Below are positions 18,456-29,369 of a stretch of 64,000 nucleotides of DNA, one piece after another; the stretch's first letter is position 1, and the number at the start of each line of letters is the position of its first letter. The position numbers and the translations under genes are program-made. This stretch comes from Frankiales bacterium (GTDB taxonomy: Bacteria; Actinomycetota; Actinomycetes; JAWWOW01). Location of the stretch: the NCBI GenBank assembly GCA_033851265.1, contig JAWWOW010000005.1, positions 224,064-288,063 of the forward strand, in the 5' to 3' direction. The notes below the pieces were generated by a model, which did not search any database, was not told where the DNA came from, and was given only the letters and a program-made list of their open reading frames with translations.

Positions 18456-18806
18456 TCAGGCGAACTGCGCAGCCAAGTGCTTCAGTACGGGTGCAATCTC
18501 GGCTGCTGGGCTGAACTCGACGAAGACGACGCCCTCGTCCGTCCACGCGGTGTGGCCCCCCGGCCAGTAGTAGAGCTCGCCCGCGCTCGTCGTCTCCTCG
18601 GTGCCGTCCGCATAGCCGACGGTTATCGAGCCCTGCAGCACGTACCCCCAGTGCGGACAGTCGCACTGGTCTCCGGGCAGGCCGGCGAGCAATGGACGCA
18701 GGTCGGCTCCCGCCGGCAGATCAACGGTACGAACACTGATGTCGCCCCACGTGTTGCCGTGGGTCTCGACCTCGCCGGCCTTCAACTCGATCGGAATGTC
18801 CTGCAT
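18456..18806 (-). CDS. cupin domain protein
   Basis: Internal ATG (MQDIPIELKAGEVETHGN…) of ORF 18456..19007. Cupin_2 motif region. The upstream 67 codons of the ORF are rejected. Confidence 0.6.
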   Translation of the reverse strand: MQDIPIELKAGEVETHGNTWGDISVRTVDLPAGADLRPLLAGLPGDQCDCPHWGYVLQGSITVGYADGTEETTSAGELYYWPGGHTAWTDEGVVFVEFSPAAEIAPVLKHLAAQFA

Positions 18807-19019
18807 GGCTGCACGCACGTCCAACCCCCTCCTTTGGGCCTGCGCTCCGGTGAGGCGGGCACTGCGGAGATCGTGGACCTCTCGGGACAGACCCGGCATC
18901 GGAGGAACGCCCCAATCTCCGGCTGAGCGCGTTCGGCGGCGATGGGTTGAACCACCCATATGTTCGGCTGCCGGATGGGGGCTACCGTTCGAGCCGTAGG
19001 CACCCAAGGGGAGGGCAAC

Positions 19020-19568
19020 ATGGATCCGCTGTCGCAGTTCGACGCCATCATTCCGGAATTCCAGAAGCTGGCGCTCGGGACGGGGCTCGATCAGCTCGAC
19101 GCACAGACACCGTGCGAGAAGTGGGCGGTGCGCGACCTATTCGGGCACATCATCGGTGGTGCGACGACCTTCGCCGCGGTGGTGCGCGGCGACGAGCCAC
19201 CTGCGATCCCTGAGCCGCGCGACGACGCTATGGCTGCCACTGCAAATGCAGCGTTGGCCGACGTGGACAGTGCGTTCCGCTCTCCCGGAGCAATGGAGCG
19301 GACGGTCGCGACGCCATTCGGAGAGATGCCGGGCGAGACATTCGCGCGGCTCCTTGCCTTCGACCTGCTGATGCACACGACGGACCTGGCGCGGGCAACC
19401 GGCCAGTCCTTCACGGTGCCCGATGACGTCGTCTCCGGGGTGGACGCGTTCACCCGGGTGGCGCTCACACCGGAGCTGCGCGGACCGGAGACTTTCGCTC
19501 CGGAGGTCGAGCCCGCCGCCGGTGCGACGCAGCTCGACCGGCTCGTAGCGTTCTCGGGTCGCCGGTAG
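19020..19568 (+). CDS. TIGR03086 / mycothiol-dependent maleylpyruvate isomerase N-terminal-domain-like protein
   Basis: MDPLSQFD… with H-containing DinB_2/MDMPI_N block (WAVRDLFGHIIGG). AAGGGGAGGG Shine-Dalgarno before the ATG at 19020. Confidence 0.6.
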   Translation: MDPLSQFDAIIPEFQKLALGTGLDQLDAQTPCEKWAVRDLFGHIIGGATTFAAVVRGDEPPAIPEPRDDAMAATANAALADVDSAFRSPGAMERTVATPFGEMPGETFARLLAFDLLMHTTDLARATGQSFTVPDDVVSGVDAFTRVALTPELRGPETFAPEVEPAAGATQLDRLVAFSGRR

Positions 19569-21206
19569 GTGAGTGTTCGCGCCGACTCGCAGCGCCTCGA
19601 CGGCGCTCGCGAGGCGATGGCGAGTCACGCCTGGGAAGAGGCGTACGCCTTGCTGTCCGGCGTATCCGAAACCGATGACCCGGAATGGTTCGAGGCTCTT
19701 GCCGACGCCACCTGGTGGCTGAGCCGGCTCGACGAATGCATCGAAGCTCGGCAGCGGGCGTACGCGTTGTACGACGAACGCGGCGCAACCCGTCAGGCCG
19801 GCCAATGCGCCGTGTGGCTGTACGAGCACCAGAATTTTCAGGCTCGCCCGGCGATCGGGCGCGGCTGGCTGCAACGCGCGCGTCGAGCTCTCGACGGCGA
19901 CCAGCTGTGTGTCGAGTACGGAAATCTGCTGCTGCGTGAGGCCGAGTGCGACCACGGTGGTGGTGAGTTCGACAAAGCCTGGCGGGGTGCGAACGAAGCG
20001 ATGCAGCTCGGTCGGCAACTGCGTTCGGCAAACCTCGAAGCCGAGGCGTTGCAGGCGATGGGACGGATTCTCCTCGACCGGGGCGAGCACGCCGACGGGC
20101 TCGCGCATCTCGACGAGGCGATGCTCTTCGCGGTAGAAGGTCGGCTCAATCCGTACACCACGGGCAAGGTGTATTGCTCCATGGTCAGCGCGTGCGAGGC
20201 GATCGGTGATATCCATCGCGCGTTGGAGTGGACCGACGCGGTCACGGAATGGTCCGCCAATCATCCGGTGTCGATGTTCCCCGGCATCTGTCGCGTGCAC
20301 CGTGCCGACCTGCTGCAGTGGCGCGGTGAGTGGACGAAGGCCGAGGAGGAGGCACGACAGGCCTGCGCAGAGCTGGAGTTCATGCACCGCCCCAACGCAG
20401 CCGACGCGATGGTGCAGATCGGGGAGATCCGCCGGCGGCTCGGGGACTACGACGGCGCGGAAGCGGCGTTCCAGCGCGCCGAGGAGCTCAGTGGCCACGT
20501 GTGGGCCGGCATCGCGCTGCTCAGGCTGGCCCAAGGCCGTCGTCAGGCCGCAGTGAAAATCATTACGGGCGCGCTCGACGAGACGAGTTGGCACCAGCTC
20601 GCCCGCGGCAAGCTGCTACCGGCCTACGTGCACGTCCTGGCCGACGTCGGTGAGCTCGATCGTGCGCGGGCCGGCGCGGATGAGCTCGCGCAGATCGCCC
20701 AGGACTACGAAAGCCCGGTGCTGCTTGCCGCGGCAGAAACCGCTCGAGGACGCGTCGAGCTGGCCGAGGGGAATCCGGGTGCGGCGTGCGCAACCTTGCA
20801 CGGGGCGCTTGCACGATGGACGGAACTGAACGTGCCGTACGAGATCGCGACGACCCGCTTGCTCATGGGGCATGCGTGTCGTGAGACGGGAGACGTCGAG
20901 GCTGCGAATAACTCGTATGACGCGGCGGAGGCAATCTTCGAGCATCTCGGCGTTGCCGCAGATGTACGGGTGAGCCGCGAGCTGCGGATGCGCGGGTCGC
21001 TCCCCGGCGGCTTGACTGAGCGCGAAGCGGAAGTGCTGCGGCTCGTCGCCAAAGGCCGCACCAACCGGCAGATCGCGACCGAACTGCAGTTGAGCGAGAA
21101 GACGATCGCGCGGCACCTCTCCAACATCTTCGCCAAGATCGACGTTGCGTCACGTGCTGCGGCAACGGCCTTCGCGTTCGAGTGCGGCCTTGTTGGCGGT
21201 GCCTAG
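19569..21206 (+). CDS. LuxR family transcriptional regulator with large TPR-like N-terminal domain
   Basis: C-terminal LuxR HTH (LTEREAEVLRLVAKGRTNRQIATELQLSEKTIARHLSNIFAKI). 545 aa. Confidence 0.75.
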   Translation: MSVRADSQRLDGAREAMASHAWEEAYALLSGVSETDDPEWFEALADATWWLSRLDECIEARQRAYALYDERGATRQAGQCAVWLYEHQNFQARPAIGRGWLQRARRALDGDQLCVEYGNLLLREAECDHGGGEFDKAWRGANEAMQLGRQLRSANLEAEALQAMGRILLDRGEHADGLAHLDEAMLFAVEGRLNPYTTGKVYCSMVSACEAIGDIHRALEWTDAVTEWSANHPVSMFPGICRVHRADLLQWRGEWTKAEEEARQACAELEFMHRPNAADAMVQIGEIRRRLGDYDGAEAAFQRAEELSGHVWAGIALLRLAQGRRQAAVKIITGALDETSWHQLARGKLLPAYVHVLADVGELDRARAGADELAQIAQDYESPVLLAAAETARGRVELAEGNPGAACATLHGALARWTELNVPYEIATTRLLMGHACRETGDVEAANNSYDAAEAIFEHLGVAADVRVSRELRMRGSLPGGLTEREAEVLRLVAKGRTNRQIATELQLSEKTIARHLSNIFAKIDVASRAAATAFAFECGLVGGA

Positions 21207-22192
21207 CCGCCGGATCCTCGTGCGCGCTCGTCGGCACCCGCACGGTGGCGGAAGTCGCGGACGGAGTACGACGTCAGGACGGATTTCGTCACCGCGCGGG
21301 CGGTCGCGCTGCGCGGCAGGCCGAGCATCGGACCCATCTCACCGAAGTACGCGGGCGGCTCAACGTAAATCAGATGTTCTTCGGTGCCATCCGCCTGCAC
21401 GCGCAGGATCTCCATGCGGCCAGCCTCGACGTAGTACACCCGGCCGCCGCGGCTGCCCTGCTCGAACAACACGTCGCCCTTGGCCAGCGTGAGCTCCTCC
21501 GCCGGGCCGGTGTCTTCACTGATGCGTGGCGCAAGTTCGATGACGCGGTCGGCGAGCGGGATCATCCGGTCGTCGTGGGTCGACACCAGCACAGTGCGCC
21601 CCGGCTCCGCGAGCCTGCGGAGCAACGTGATCACGCCTTCGACTTGCACATGGTCGAGATGTGCTGTCGGTTCGTCGGCCAACAACACGGGTGGGTTCAA
21701 GGCCAAGGCGCGCGCGATCGCGACCCGCTGTTGCTGCCCACCGGACATTCGGCCCGGCCGGTGGCCTGCTCGATCGGCCAGGTTGACTTGGGCGAGTAGC
21801 TCGTCTGCGCGGCGGCGGACGGCTGCCCCGCGCATTCCGGACAACCGCAATGGCACAGCGGCGTTCTCTCGTGCCGAGAGTGACGCGATCAGGTTGAAAC
21901 CCTGAAACACGATCCCGACGGTTGCTCGCCGGTAGTCGTTGAGCTCGTCGGGACTGAGCTTCGACGGATTGCGCCCGCAGACGCCCACCGTGCCCGACGT
22001 TGGCGTGAGAATTCCGGCCAGCACGGACAGCAAAGTCGTCTTGCCCGACCCGCTTGGACCGAGCAGTACGACGAGCTCTCCGTCGCCTGCCTCGAGCGAC
22101 AGGTTGTCCAGCGGTCGTACGACGTAGTCGCCGCTGACGTACTCCATCGTCAAGTCGCGGACCGTGATGCCGGATCGCTCGGTGACTGTCAT
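21203..22192 (-). CDS. ABC transporter ATP-binding protein fused to C-terminal cyclic-nucleotide-binding domain
   Basis: Walker [37 protein letters not shown]-terminal cNMP motif …YFGEMGPMLGLPRSATARAVT. Start ATG (complement 22192..22190) overlaps the permease stop (ATGA). Confidence 0.8.
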   Translation of the reverse strand: MTVTERSGITVRDLTMEYVSGDYVVRPLDNLSLEAGDGELVVLLGPSGSGKTTLLSVLAGILTPTSGTVGVCGRNPSKLSPDELNDYRRATVGIVFQGFNLIASLSARENAAVPLRLSGMRGAAVRRRADELLAQVNLADRAGHRPGRMSGGQQQRVAIARALALNPPVLLADEPTAHLDHVQVEGVITLLRRLAEPGRTVLVSTHDDRMIPLADRVIELAPRISEDTGPAEELTLAKGDVLFEQGSRGGRVYYVEAGRMEILRVQADGTEEHLIYVEPPAYFGEMGPMLGLPRSATARAVTKSVLTSYSVRDFRHRAGADERARGSGG

Positions 22193-23208
22193 CAGCCGCT
22201 CGCAAACGCAAGGGCTGGGTCGACGCGCACGGCTTGGCGTAGCCCAGACAGGCTGGCGAGCAGTCCGACGACGATGGCGACGATCGGTAGCAAGTACAAC
22301 TCGAACACGGGGACAGCGAGCGGGATCGGGATAAACGTCGCTATCAGCGGAAGCAGCCCGATCGCCACGGCAGCGGCCAGCAAGGCGATGAGCACCGCTT
22401 GCGCCGCCAGGCCGGCGTACAACTGCCGGGAGGATGACCCGATTGCCTTCAGCACCGCAAAGTCGCGAAGGCGCTCGAGCGAGGACAGATACACGACGGC
22501 GCCGATGATCACCGCGGCCACGAGCCACAGCAAGCGCACGAATATGTCGATGGACTTCACGGCGTTTCCGAGTCGATCCAAGACGTCCTGGCGTGCCTGT
22601 TGGTTTGTATAAAGCGCGAGAGTGCGCGGAACCGACGTGGGTCGGCCGCGAATCGCGACGGCGGTCTCGACGTCGCGGCCGCTGAACGCGAGGGCTTGCG
22701 CGTCGGCTAGCGAGATGTAGACGTTCGGCAGCCCGCCGAGGATCGAATAGCCATGCACACGGCGCACCGCTCGGAACCGCTCGTTGCCGATCGTGAAGGT
22801 CTCGCCCACCTTGACTTTCGCGAGGTCGTCGACGACTGCTTCGCCGTGCCGCAGCGGCGCAAGCCCGCGTACGGGCGGCGCACCAAGGCCGCCGGGAGGT
22901 CCAGCGATAACTGGTCCGTAGACGAATCCACGTGGACTGCTGAACCGTTGCTGGAATACGAGAATCGGGTCGGCGCGCGTCACTCCTGGCAGCCGACGTA
23001 CCTGGTCGACGACGGTCGACGGCATCAACGAAACGCTCGTGAACGGGCCGCCCGATCCGGCTGTCACGAGGAAGCCGTCGCCGCCGACGCCTTCGACGGA
23101 GCGGCGGGTCTCGGCCCGAAAGCCTCCAGAGAGGCCAGCAATAACAAGGGCCATTGAAAAGACGAGGGCGGTACCGATCGTTGCGATGGCGAACTGACGT
23201 GCGCGCAT
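22192..23208 (-). CDS. FtsX-like (MacB-type) ABC transporter permease
   Basis: TM1, large extracytoplasmic domain, three C-terminal TMs (FtsX fold). The internal start [12 protein letters not shown]… is used. The N-terminal 216 codons of ORF 22192..23856 are rejected. Confidence 0.7.
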   Translation of the reverse strand: MRARQFAIATIGTALVFSMALVIAGLSGGFRAETRRSVEGVGGDGFLVTAGSGGPFTSVSLMPSTVVDQVRRLPGVTRADPILVFQQRFSSPRGFVYGPVIAGPPGGLGAPPVRGLAPLRHGEAVVDDLAKVKVGETFTIGNERFRAVRRVHGYSILGGLPNVYISLADAQALAFSGRDVETAVAIRGRPTSVPRTLALYTNQQARQDVLDRLGNAVKSIDIFVRLLWLVAAVIIGAVVYLSSLERLRDFAVLKAIGSSSRQLYAGLAAQAVLIALLAAAVAIGLLPLIATFIPIPLAVPVFELYLLPIVAIVVGLLASLSGLRQAVRVDPALAFASG

Positions 23209-23280
23209 CCGCACGTCAGCAAAAGTGAGCACCCACACGACGTACCCCCCCTTTTGCGCACGGACGTTACTCTCGGCGTT

Positions 23281-24387
23281 GTGGCTGATCCCACCGAGGA
23301 ACTCAAAGAACTCGACGCGACCCTGACGTCCGTCGAGTCGTTCCTCGACCCCGATCGCATGCGCGCGAAGCTCGCTGACCTGGAAAAGCAGGCGTCGGAC
23401 CCCGACCTCTGGAACGACCAGGAGCGCGCACAACAGGTCAACAGCCGGCTCTCGCACGTGCGCGCTGACCTTGCTCGGCTGGAAGCGCTGCGCACTCGCG
23501 TTGATGACCTCGCGGCGGCGGTCGAGCTCGGTGACGAGGAGTTGCTCGGGGAAGCGCTCGGCGACCTTCCAACACTTCGCCGAGACATCGAGGCGCTCGA
23601 GGTCCGCACCCTGTTGTCGGGGGAGTACGACGAGCGCGACGCCCTCATCACCATCAACGCGGGCACTGGTGGCACGGACGCAGCCGACTGGGCCGAGATG
23701 TTGATGCGCATGTTCCTGCGCTGGGCAGAACGCCACGGCTACCCGACCGAGGTCTACGACACGTCGTACGCCGAGGAGGCCGGCATCAAGTCGGCAACGT
23801 TTGTCGTCAAGACCCCGTACGCCTACGGGACGCTTGCCGGGGAGCATGGGCGGCACCGCCTCGTACGCATCTCACCGTTTGACAACCAGTCGCGCCGGCA
23901 GACGTCGTTCGCCGATGTCGATGTGACACCGGTTGTCGAGCAAACCGACCACATCGATATCCCTGACGAAGACATCCGCGTCGATGTCTATCGGTCGAGC
24001 GGGCCGGGCGGTCAGGGCGTCAACACGACGGACTCCGCCGTACGGATCACCCACCATCCGACCGGCATCGTCGTCACCTGCCAGAACGAACGCAGTCAGA
24101 TCCAGAACCGCGCCCGCGCCATGGAGGTGCTGCAGGCCAAGCTGCTCGAAGTCCGCCGGCAGCAGGATCTGGAGGAGATGGACAAGCTGCGCGGCACGCA
24201 TATGGCGGCGAGCTTCGGTGCGGGGGAGCACAAGGTGCGTGACTACGTGCTGCATCCCTACCAGTTGGTGAAGGACGCGCGTACCGAGGTGGAGACCGGC
24301 AACACAACGGCTGTGCTCGATGGGGACATCGACGAATTCATCGATGCCGAGATTCGGTGGCGCGCGATGGCGGATGCTGCGAGCTGA
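23281..24387 (+). CDS. prfB: peptide chain release factor 2
   Basis: GGQ motif region [29 protein letters not shown] tripeptide context. Continuous ORF with no +1 frameshift site. Start GTG 23281, or TTG 23254. Confidence 0.85.
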   Translation: MADPTEELKELDATLTSVESFLDPDRMRAKLADLEKQASDPDLWNDQERAQQVNSRLSHVRADLARLEALRTRVDDLAAAVELGDEELLGEALGDLPTLRRDIEALEVRTLLSGEYDERDALITINAGTGGTDAADWAEMLMRMFLRWAERHGYPTEVYDTSYAEEAGIKSATFVVKTPYAYGTLAGEHGRHRLVRISPFDNQSRRQTSFADVDVTPVVEQTDHIDIPDEDIRVDVYRSSGPGGQGVNTTDSAVRITHHPTGIVVTCQNERSQIQNRARAMEVLQAKLLEVRRQQDLEEMDKLRGTHMAASFGAGEHKVRDYVLHPYQLVKDARTEVETGNTTAVLDGDIDEFIDAEIRWRAMADAAS

Positions 24388-24388
24388 G

Positions 24389-24574
24389 CTAGCCGGCGGC
24401 GTTGAGCGCGAAGAACAGCGCAGCGATCAGGAGCAGGGCGAACACCAGAACGAACTGCGGAGAGATGTGGGGACCGTGTGTGTGAAGCTCGGCGCGTGAC
24501 GCGCGGCAGGCGGAGCAGCGGCCCTCTGCGACCGGGCTGGCGCAACTCGCGCAGATGAGGTGCTCGCAGCTCAC
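24389..24574 (-). CDS. hypothetical small Cys-rich (double CxxC) membrane-anchored protein
   Basis: 61 aa: CEHLICASC…CSAC then TM helix FVLVFALLLIAALFFAL. Lies antisense between prfB and ftsE. Weak support. Confidence 0.3.
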   Translation of the reverse strand: MSCEHLICASCASPVAEGRCSACRASRAELHTHGPHISPQFVLVFALLLIAALFFALNAAG

Positions 24575-24717
24575 GGTGACGCTCCTTCCCTGTACATATG
24601 GTCTCAGATCCTTCGCATCGGCACGAGGGAGACCGGTCTAGAGGGATAGCCGATCTCCCAAGGGTCGGTCCGATCCCGCCGTAGACTCGTGCCCGTGACC
24701 CCCCCTAGGCCGATCTT

Positions 24718-25407
24718 GTGATCCGTTTTGACCGCGTGACCAAGCTCTACCCGAGCCAGTCCCGCCCCGCGCTGAACGACGTGAGCGTCGAGGTCGCCAA
24801 GGGCGAGTTCGTCTTTCTCGTCGGGCAGTCGGGCTCCGGCAAGTCGACCTTCCTTCGGCTCACCCTTCGTGAGGACAAGCCGACCAGCGGCCAGATCCAC
24901 GTCGCGGGCAAGGACCTCGCGCGACTCACCGGCTGGAAGGTCCCGGGCCTGCGGCGTCAGGTCGGCACTGTCTTCCAAGACTTCCGGCTGTTGCCGAGCA
25001 AGAACGTGTCAGAGAACGTCGCGTTCGCGCTCGAGGTGATCGGGCGGTCGCGACACCAGATAGCCAAGACGGTGCCCGAGGTTCTGCAGCTCGTCGGTCT
25101 GCAGGGCAAAGGTGACCGCATGCCCGATGAGTTGTCCGGTGGTGAGCAGCAGCGCGTCGCGATTGCGCGGGCGTTCGTCAACCGACCGATGATCCTGCTG
25201 GCGGATGAGCCGACCGGAAACCTCGACCCCGCGACAAGCGTCGGCATCATGAAGCTGCTCGACCGCATCAACCGCACGGGCACCACCGTCGTCATGGCCA
25301 CGCACGACGCCGCCATCGTCGACTCCATGCGTCGCCGAGTCGTCGAGCTGGAGGGCGGCAATGTCGTCCGCGACCAGTCCCGTGGCGTCTACGGCTACAG
25401 CCACTGA
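24718..25407 (+). CDS. ftsE: cell division ATP-binding protein FtsE
   Basis: Walker [35 protein letters not shown]. 229 aa. Confidence 0.9.
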   Translation: MIRFDRVTKLYPSQSRPALNDVSVEVAKGEFVFLVGQSGSGKSTFLRLTLREDKPTSGQIHVAGKDLARLTGWKVPGLRRQVGTVFQDFRLLPSKNVSENVAFALEVIGRSRHQIAKTVPEVLQLVGLQGKGDRMPDELSGGEQQRVAIARAFVNRPMILLADEPTGNLDPATSVGIMKLLDRINRTGTTVVMATHDAAIVDSMRRRVVELEGGNVVRDQSRGVYGYSH

Positions 25408-25448
25408 CGGCTGTGCTCCCCGCCCCCTAGATACGAGGACCTGACCCC

Positions 25449-26363
25449 ATGCGTTACCGGCTCGTGCTGTCCGAAATGTTCATCGGACTACGACGCAACT
25501 TGTCGTTGACGCTCGCCGTCATCGTCACGGTCGCGGTTTCGCTCGTCCTCGTCGGTGCGGCGCTGATGGTGAGCAAGCAGGTCAACCTGATGAAGGGCTA
25601 CTGGTACGACAAGGTGCAGGTGACTGTCTCGCTCTGCACCACGACCGACGCCGCGAGCCCCTGCAACAGCGCCTCGGTGACCGACCCACAGCGCAAGCTG
25701 ATCGACCAGCAACTGCGGGCACTCCCCGAGGTCGAGCAGGTCTTCTACGAGTCGCAGCACGAGGCCTATCTGCACTTCAAGGAGCAGTTCAAGGACTCGA
25801 AATCGCTCGTGGACAACGTCACTGAGGCAGAGCTACCGGAGGCGTATCAGGTCAAGCTCAAGGACCCGAAGAAGTCCGACATCGTCGTGAGCGCGATGCA
25901 GGGCAAGCAGGGTGTCGCCGACGTTTACGACCAACGGAAACTGTTGTCACCACTGTTCAATGTTCTAGGGGTATTCCGATTTATCGCGGCCCTGACTGCC
26001 GCTGGCGTGCTGCTTGCAGCAGTTGCGCTCATCGTGAACACGATCCGTATCGCGGTCTTTAGTCGTCGTCGCGAGATCGGCATCATGCGACTCGTCGGTG
26101 CATCCAACCTCTACATCGAGTTGCCGTTCCTGCTTGAAGGTGCGTTCGCCGGCCTAGTGGGTGGAGCCATCTCGGTACTGGGTCTTGCCTTTATCGAGGC
26201 TTTTCTCGTGCACGGGCGACTCGCATCGGCCATCTCATTTACCACCTTCGTCGGCTGGAGCGATTGGCTTTCGGTCAGCATCTGGTTGATGGTCCTCGGT
26301 GTGGTGCTGTCGACCCTGGTGGCGTTCCTCACGCTCACGCTTTCCCGCGCTACCCGTGTCTGA
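25449..26363 (+). CDS. ftsX: cell division permease FtsX
   Basis: FtsX topology and motifs directly after ftsE. Confidence 0.9.
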   Translation: MRYRLVLSEMFIGLRRNLSLTLAVIVTVAVSLVLVGAALMVSKQVNLMKGYWYDKVQVTVSLCTTTDAASPCNSASVTDPQRKLIDQQLRALPEVEQVFYESQHEAYLHFKEQFKDSKSLVDNVTEAELPEAYQVKLKDPKKSDIVVSAMQGKQGVADVYDQRKLLSPLFNVLGVFRFIAALTAAGVLLAAVALIVNTIRIAVFSRRREIGIMRLVGASNLYIELPFLLEGAFAGLVGGAISVLGLAFIEAFLVHGRLASAISFTTFVGWSDWLSVSIWLMVLGVVLSTLVAFLTLTLSRATRV

Positions 26364-26385
26364 GGTCCACGCCTAGAATCGCGAG

Positions 26386-27555
26386 ATGCCTAGTCCCCGG
26401 CCGTACTTTCGCGTCGCGGCGCTCATCGGGGCTATTGGCGTCTCCTACCTGGCTGGCGTCGTCACTGGTGTCGTCGGCACACAGGACACCGGCGACACTC
26501 ATGGCACGAGCGTGCTCGACGAAGCCGCCGACCGCATCAGCAGAGAGGCTGCGACACCGGTATCGCGCGAAGAGCTCGACAAGGCCGCCGTACAAGGCAT
26601 GTTGACGGCGCTCGGTGACCGTTACTCGGCGTACTACGACCCGAAGCAGTATGCGTCATTCCAGGACGTACTCGACGGTCGTTACACCGGCGTCGGCTTG
26701 TGGGTGCGTCGCGGCTCAAATGGCGAAGCAACCGTTACATCAGTGCAGACAGGGTCACCGGCCGCGAAGGCCGGCGTACGCGCCGGTGACGAGTTGTTGT
26801 CCGTCGACGGCAAGCCGGTTTCCGAGCACACCATCGCCGAAGTTGTTGCCGCGCTCCGTGGCAAGTCGGGTACGCGCGTGGCCATCGACCTGCGGCAAGA
26901 CGGTCGCACGTTGCACCTCGTGCTGCGACGCGCGGCGGTCGTCAACGGCGACGTCGACGTCGACGACCTCGCACCGGACATCGTCCGCATCCGCGTGATG
27001 GCCTTCACCCACGGCACCGGGCGCCAGGTGCGCAGCGCGATGACCACCGCCCGCAACCGCCACGTCGCCGGGGTCGTCCTCGACCTCAGGGACAACCCCG
27101 GGGGCCTGCTCGATGAGGCGGTCGAGACCGCCTCCGGGCTGCTGAACGGTGGCCCCGTCGTGACCTTCGTACGCCGGGGCGAGGCGCCGCGGACCCTGAC
27201 CGCGACCGGTGACGGGGACACGACGACCCCGGTGGTGATCTTGGTCAACGGCGGCACCGCCAGCGCGGCCGAGGTGGTGGCGGCGGCCCTGCAGGATCGT
27301 GGGCGCGCCGTCCTCGTCGGCGGGCGGACCTTCGGCAAGGGCACCGTCCAAGAACCCTCCAAGCTGCTGAACGGGTCGGCTCTCGAGCTGACCGTTGGGC
27401 ACTACGTGACGCCCGCAGGCAAGTCGCTCGACGGGGTCGGCATCGAACCCGACATCGAGGTGACGGCTGGCGCACGCAACGGTGTTGCCGAGAGCCGTGC
27501 GCTGCAGGTGCTCCACGGTCTGCTTGCCGACAGTGGCGCAACCGGCCGCGGCTAG
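26386..27555 (+). CDS. S41 family C-terminal processing peptidase with PDZ domain
   Basis: PDZ ([20 protein letters not shown]). Catalytic region [21 protein letters not shown]…[11 protein letters not shown]. Confidence 0.85.
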   Translation: MPSPRPYFRVAALIGAIGVSYLAGVVTGVVGTQDTGDTHGTSVLDEAADRISREAATPVSREELDKAAVQGMLTALGDRYSAYYDPKQYASFQDVLDGRYTGVGLWVRRGSNGEATVTSVQTGSPAAKAGVRAGDELLSVDGKPVSEHTIAEVVAALRGKSGTRVAIDLRQDGRTLHLVLRRAAVVNGDVDVDDLAPDIVRIRVMAFTHGTGRQVRSAMTTARNRHVAGVVLDLRDNPGGLLDEAVETASGLLNGGPVVTFVRRGEAPRTLTATGDGDTTTPVVILVNGGTASAAEVVAAALQDRGRAVLVGGRTFGKGTVQEPSKLLNGSALELTVGHYVTPAGKSLDGVGIEPDIEVTAGARNGVAESRALQVLHGLLADSGATGRG

Positions 27556-27568
27556 GCCGCGGTTAACG

Positions 27569-28045
27569 GTGGCCAAGGAGTCCGGTCGCAAGCTCATCGC
27601 GCAGAACAAGAAGGCGCGGCATGACTACGCGATCGAGGATGTCTTCGAAGCCGGACTTGTGTTGACAGGCACGGAAGTGAAGTCATTGCGTGCGGGCCGC
27701 GCGTCACTCGTCGACGGTTTCGCATCGATCAAAGATGGCGAAGCGTGGCTGCAGAACGTGCACATTCCGGAGTACACCGAAGGCACCTGGACCAACCATG
27801 AACCGCGACGTCCGCGCAAGTTGCTGCTGCACCGGAGCGAGATTGCGCGGTTGATCGGCAAGACACGTGAAGGCGGGCGCACGATCGTGCCGTTGTCGCT
27901 CTATTTCAAAGACGGGAAGGCCAAGGTCGAGATCGCGCTGGCGCGTGGCAAGAAGCACTATGACAAGCGGGCGACGCTCGCCGAACGCGACGCCAGCCGG
28001 GAAATCGAGCGCGAACTCGGCCGCCGCGCCAAAGGCCGCATTTGA
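27569..28045 (+). CDS. smpB: SsrA-binding protein SmpB
   Basis: [28 protein letters not shown]…[12 protein letters not shown] 27569 chosen (158 aa). The ORF track start at 27482 overlaps the protease. Confidence 0.9.
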   Translation: MAKESGRKLIAQNKKARHDYAIEDVFEAGLVLTGTEVKSLRAGRASLVDGFASIKDGEAWLQNVHIPEYTEGTWTNHEPRRPRKLLLHRSEIARLIGKTREGGRTIVPLSLYFKDGKAKVEIALARGKKHYDKRATLAERDASREIERELGRRAKGRI

Positions 28046-28046
28046 C

Positions 28047-29291
28047 CTAGGCCGTCGGTGCCGGGACCGACGCGGCTTCGAGCCGATCGACCGGCGACAC
28101 TGCGTCGGCAGGAGTGCTGATGTGTTCCCGGCGAAGCCCGTGCGCAATGACAGCGCTCAACGCGGCCGCTGCCGTGCCCGCGAGGAACGCGTACCGCGGG
28201 CCGGGACCGCCGACGAGGTAGCCGCCCACCGGGGCGCCGATGGCAGCACCAGTGAGGTTGGCCACGGCAATCCAGCTGTAGGCCTCGGTGATGATCGAGC
28301 TCGGCACGCTAGCGCTGACCTCGGCGTACATCCGGCCGAACATCGGTGCGACGGTGGTGCCACCGAGAACGAGCAGCACAGACAGAACCACGCGGTTGTC
28401 GGGCACGATCGCAAGCACACCGAAACTGACCGCGACCGCGGCGACGATGTAGGACGCCGGCAGCCGATTCGAGCCGCCACGCGCGCCGTAGATGAAACCG
28501 CCGACCAACGAGCCGACGCTCCAGAGCGAAACGACGACACCGGCAAGCGCCGATGCATGGTCGCGGCCGCTGACGGCAGCGATCACGCCGAGCTCGATGC
28601 AGTTGAGCGCAAGCACCATGAGACCGAGCGATGCCATGCAGCGGCGAAGTCCCCGGATGCGCAACGCGCTGCCATGGTGATGCGGGCCGTGGTCCTCGGC
28701 TCGCGCATCAACCGCGCGTCCGGACTTGCCGTGCGTCATCGCCCACGTGCCGACCAGCCCGAACACACCGGTCGCAGCCAGTGCGATTCGCGGCGACAGT
28801 GCCGCTGCGAGCAACGCGGTCAGCGACGGACCGACGATGAACAGCAACTCCTGCGCGGTGGCTTCGAGCGCATAGGCCGACTGGCGAGCGGGACCGGAGA
28901 CGAGACCGGTCCAGGCGGCGCGCATGGTCGCCGCGACGGGCGGGCTGGTCGCGCCCGTCAGCGCTGCGAGCGCGAGTACGGGCACCAGAGGAAGCGTCAG
29001 GCCGACGGCGAAGCCGACCGCGGCACCCGCGTTCGCAACAGCCAGAACACGGAGGATCCGCCGGCGGCCGAGGCGGTCCGCGGCCCGCCCGACAAGCGGC
29101 TGGGCGATGCCTTCGGCGATGACGAACGCGGCCATGACGGCACCCGCGCGGGCGTAGGACCCGTCGGCCGCGGTGACAGCGAGGATCACCGCGATCGCGG
29201 TCATCGAGATCGGCAGCCGGGCAACGAGCGACGACCCGAGCAGCCACTTCACGGCTGGGCGGTTCAGCAGGTCGGCGTACGAGCGAGGCAT
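28047..29291 (-). CDS. MFS transporter
   Basis: 12-TM MFS profile. Internal ATG (MPRSYADLLNRPAVKWLL…) used. The upstream 66 codons are rejected. Confidence 0.75.
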   Translation of the reverse strand: MPRSYADLLNRPAVKWLLGSSLVARLPISMTAIAVILAVTAADGSYARAGAVMAAFVIAEGIAQPLVGRAADRLGRRRILRVLAVANAGAAVGFAVGLTLPLVPVLALAALTGATSPPVAATMRAAWTGLVSGPARQSAYALEATAQELLFIVGPSLTALLAAALSPRIALAATGVFGLVGTWAMTHGKSGRAVDARAEDHGPHHHGSALRIRGLRRCMASLGLMVLALNCIELGVIAAVSGRDHASALAGVVVSLWSVGSLVGGFIYGARGGSNRLPASYIVAAVAVSFGVLAIVPDNRVVLSVLLVLGGTTVAPMFGRMYAEVSASVPSSIITEAYSWIAVANLTGAAIGAPVGGYLVGGPGPRYAFLAGTAAAALSAVIAHGLRREHISTPADAVSPVDRLEAASVPAPTA

Positions 29292-29369
29292 GCCGCCAGG
29301 GTGCCGTGCGGCTCCGACGGTTCGCCAATCATTCGGCCTAAACCGAAAGGTCCTCGTAGGCTGGCTGGC

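Noticed and set aside
19137-20594. 485-aa minus-strand ORF
   Set aside because: It is antisense to the LuxR regulator gene, which has a clear HTH. It is a shadow ORF.
23209-23856. 216-codon N-terminal extension of the FtsX-like permease ORF
   Set aside because: The sequence is unstructured and overlaps the prfB start region. The hydrophobic TM1 begins right after the internal Met at 23208.
23254-24387. Programmed +1 frameshift in prfB
   Set aside because: I looked for the shift site known from E. coli prfB. The RF2 reading frame is continuous from the start to the stop, so there is no frameshift here.
27867-29369. N-terminal 500 codons of the 822-aa plus-strand ORF
   Set aside because: This part is antisense to the well-supported MFS transporter and is Arg/Gly-rich junk. 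Only the C-terminal 321 codons (29370..30335) carry an HTH and have a plausible start.
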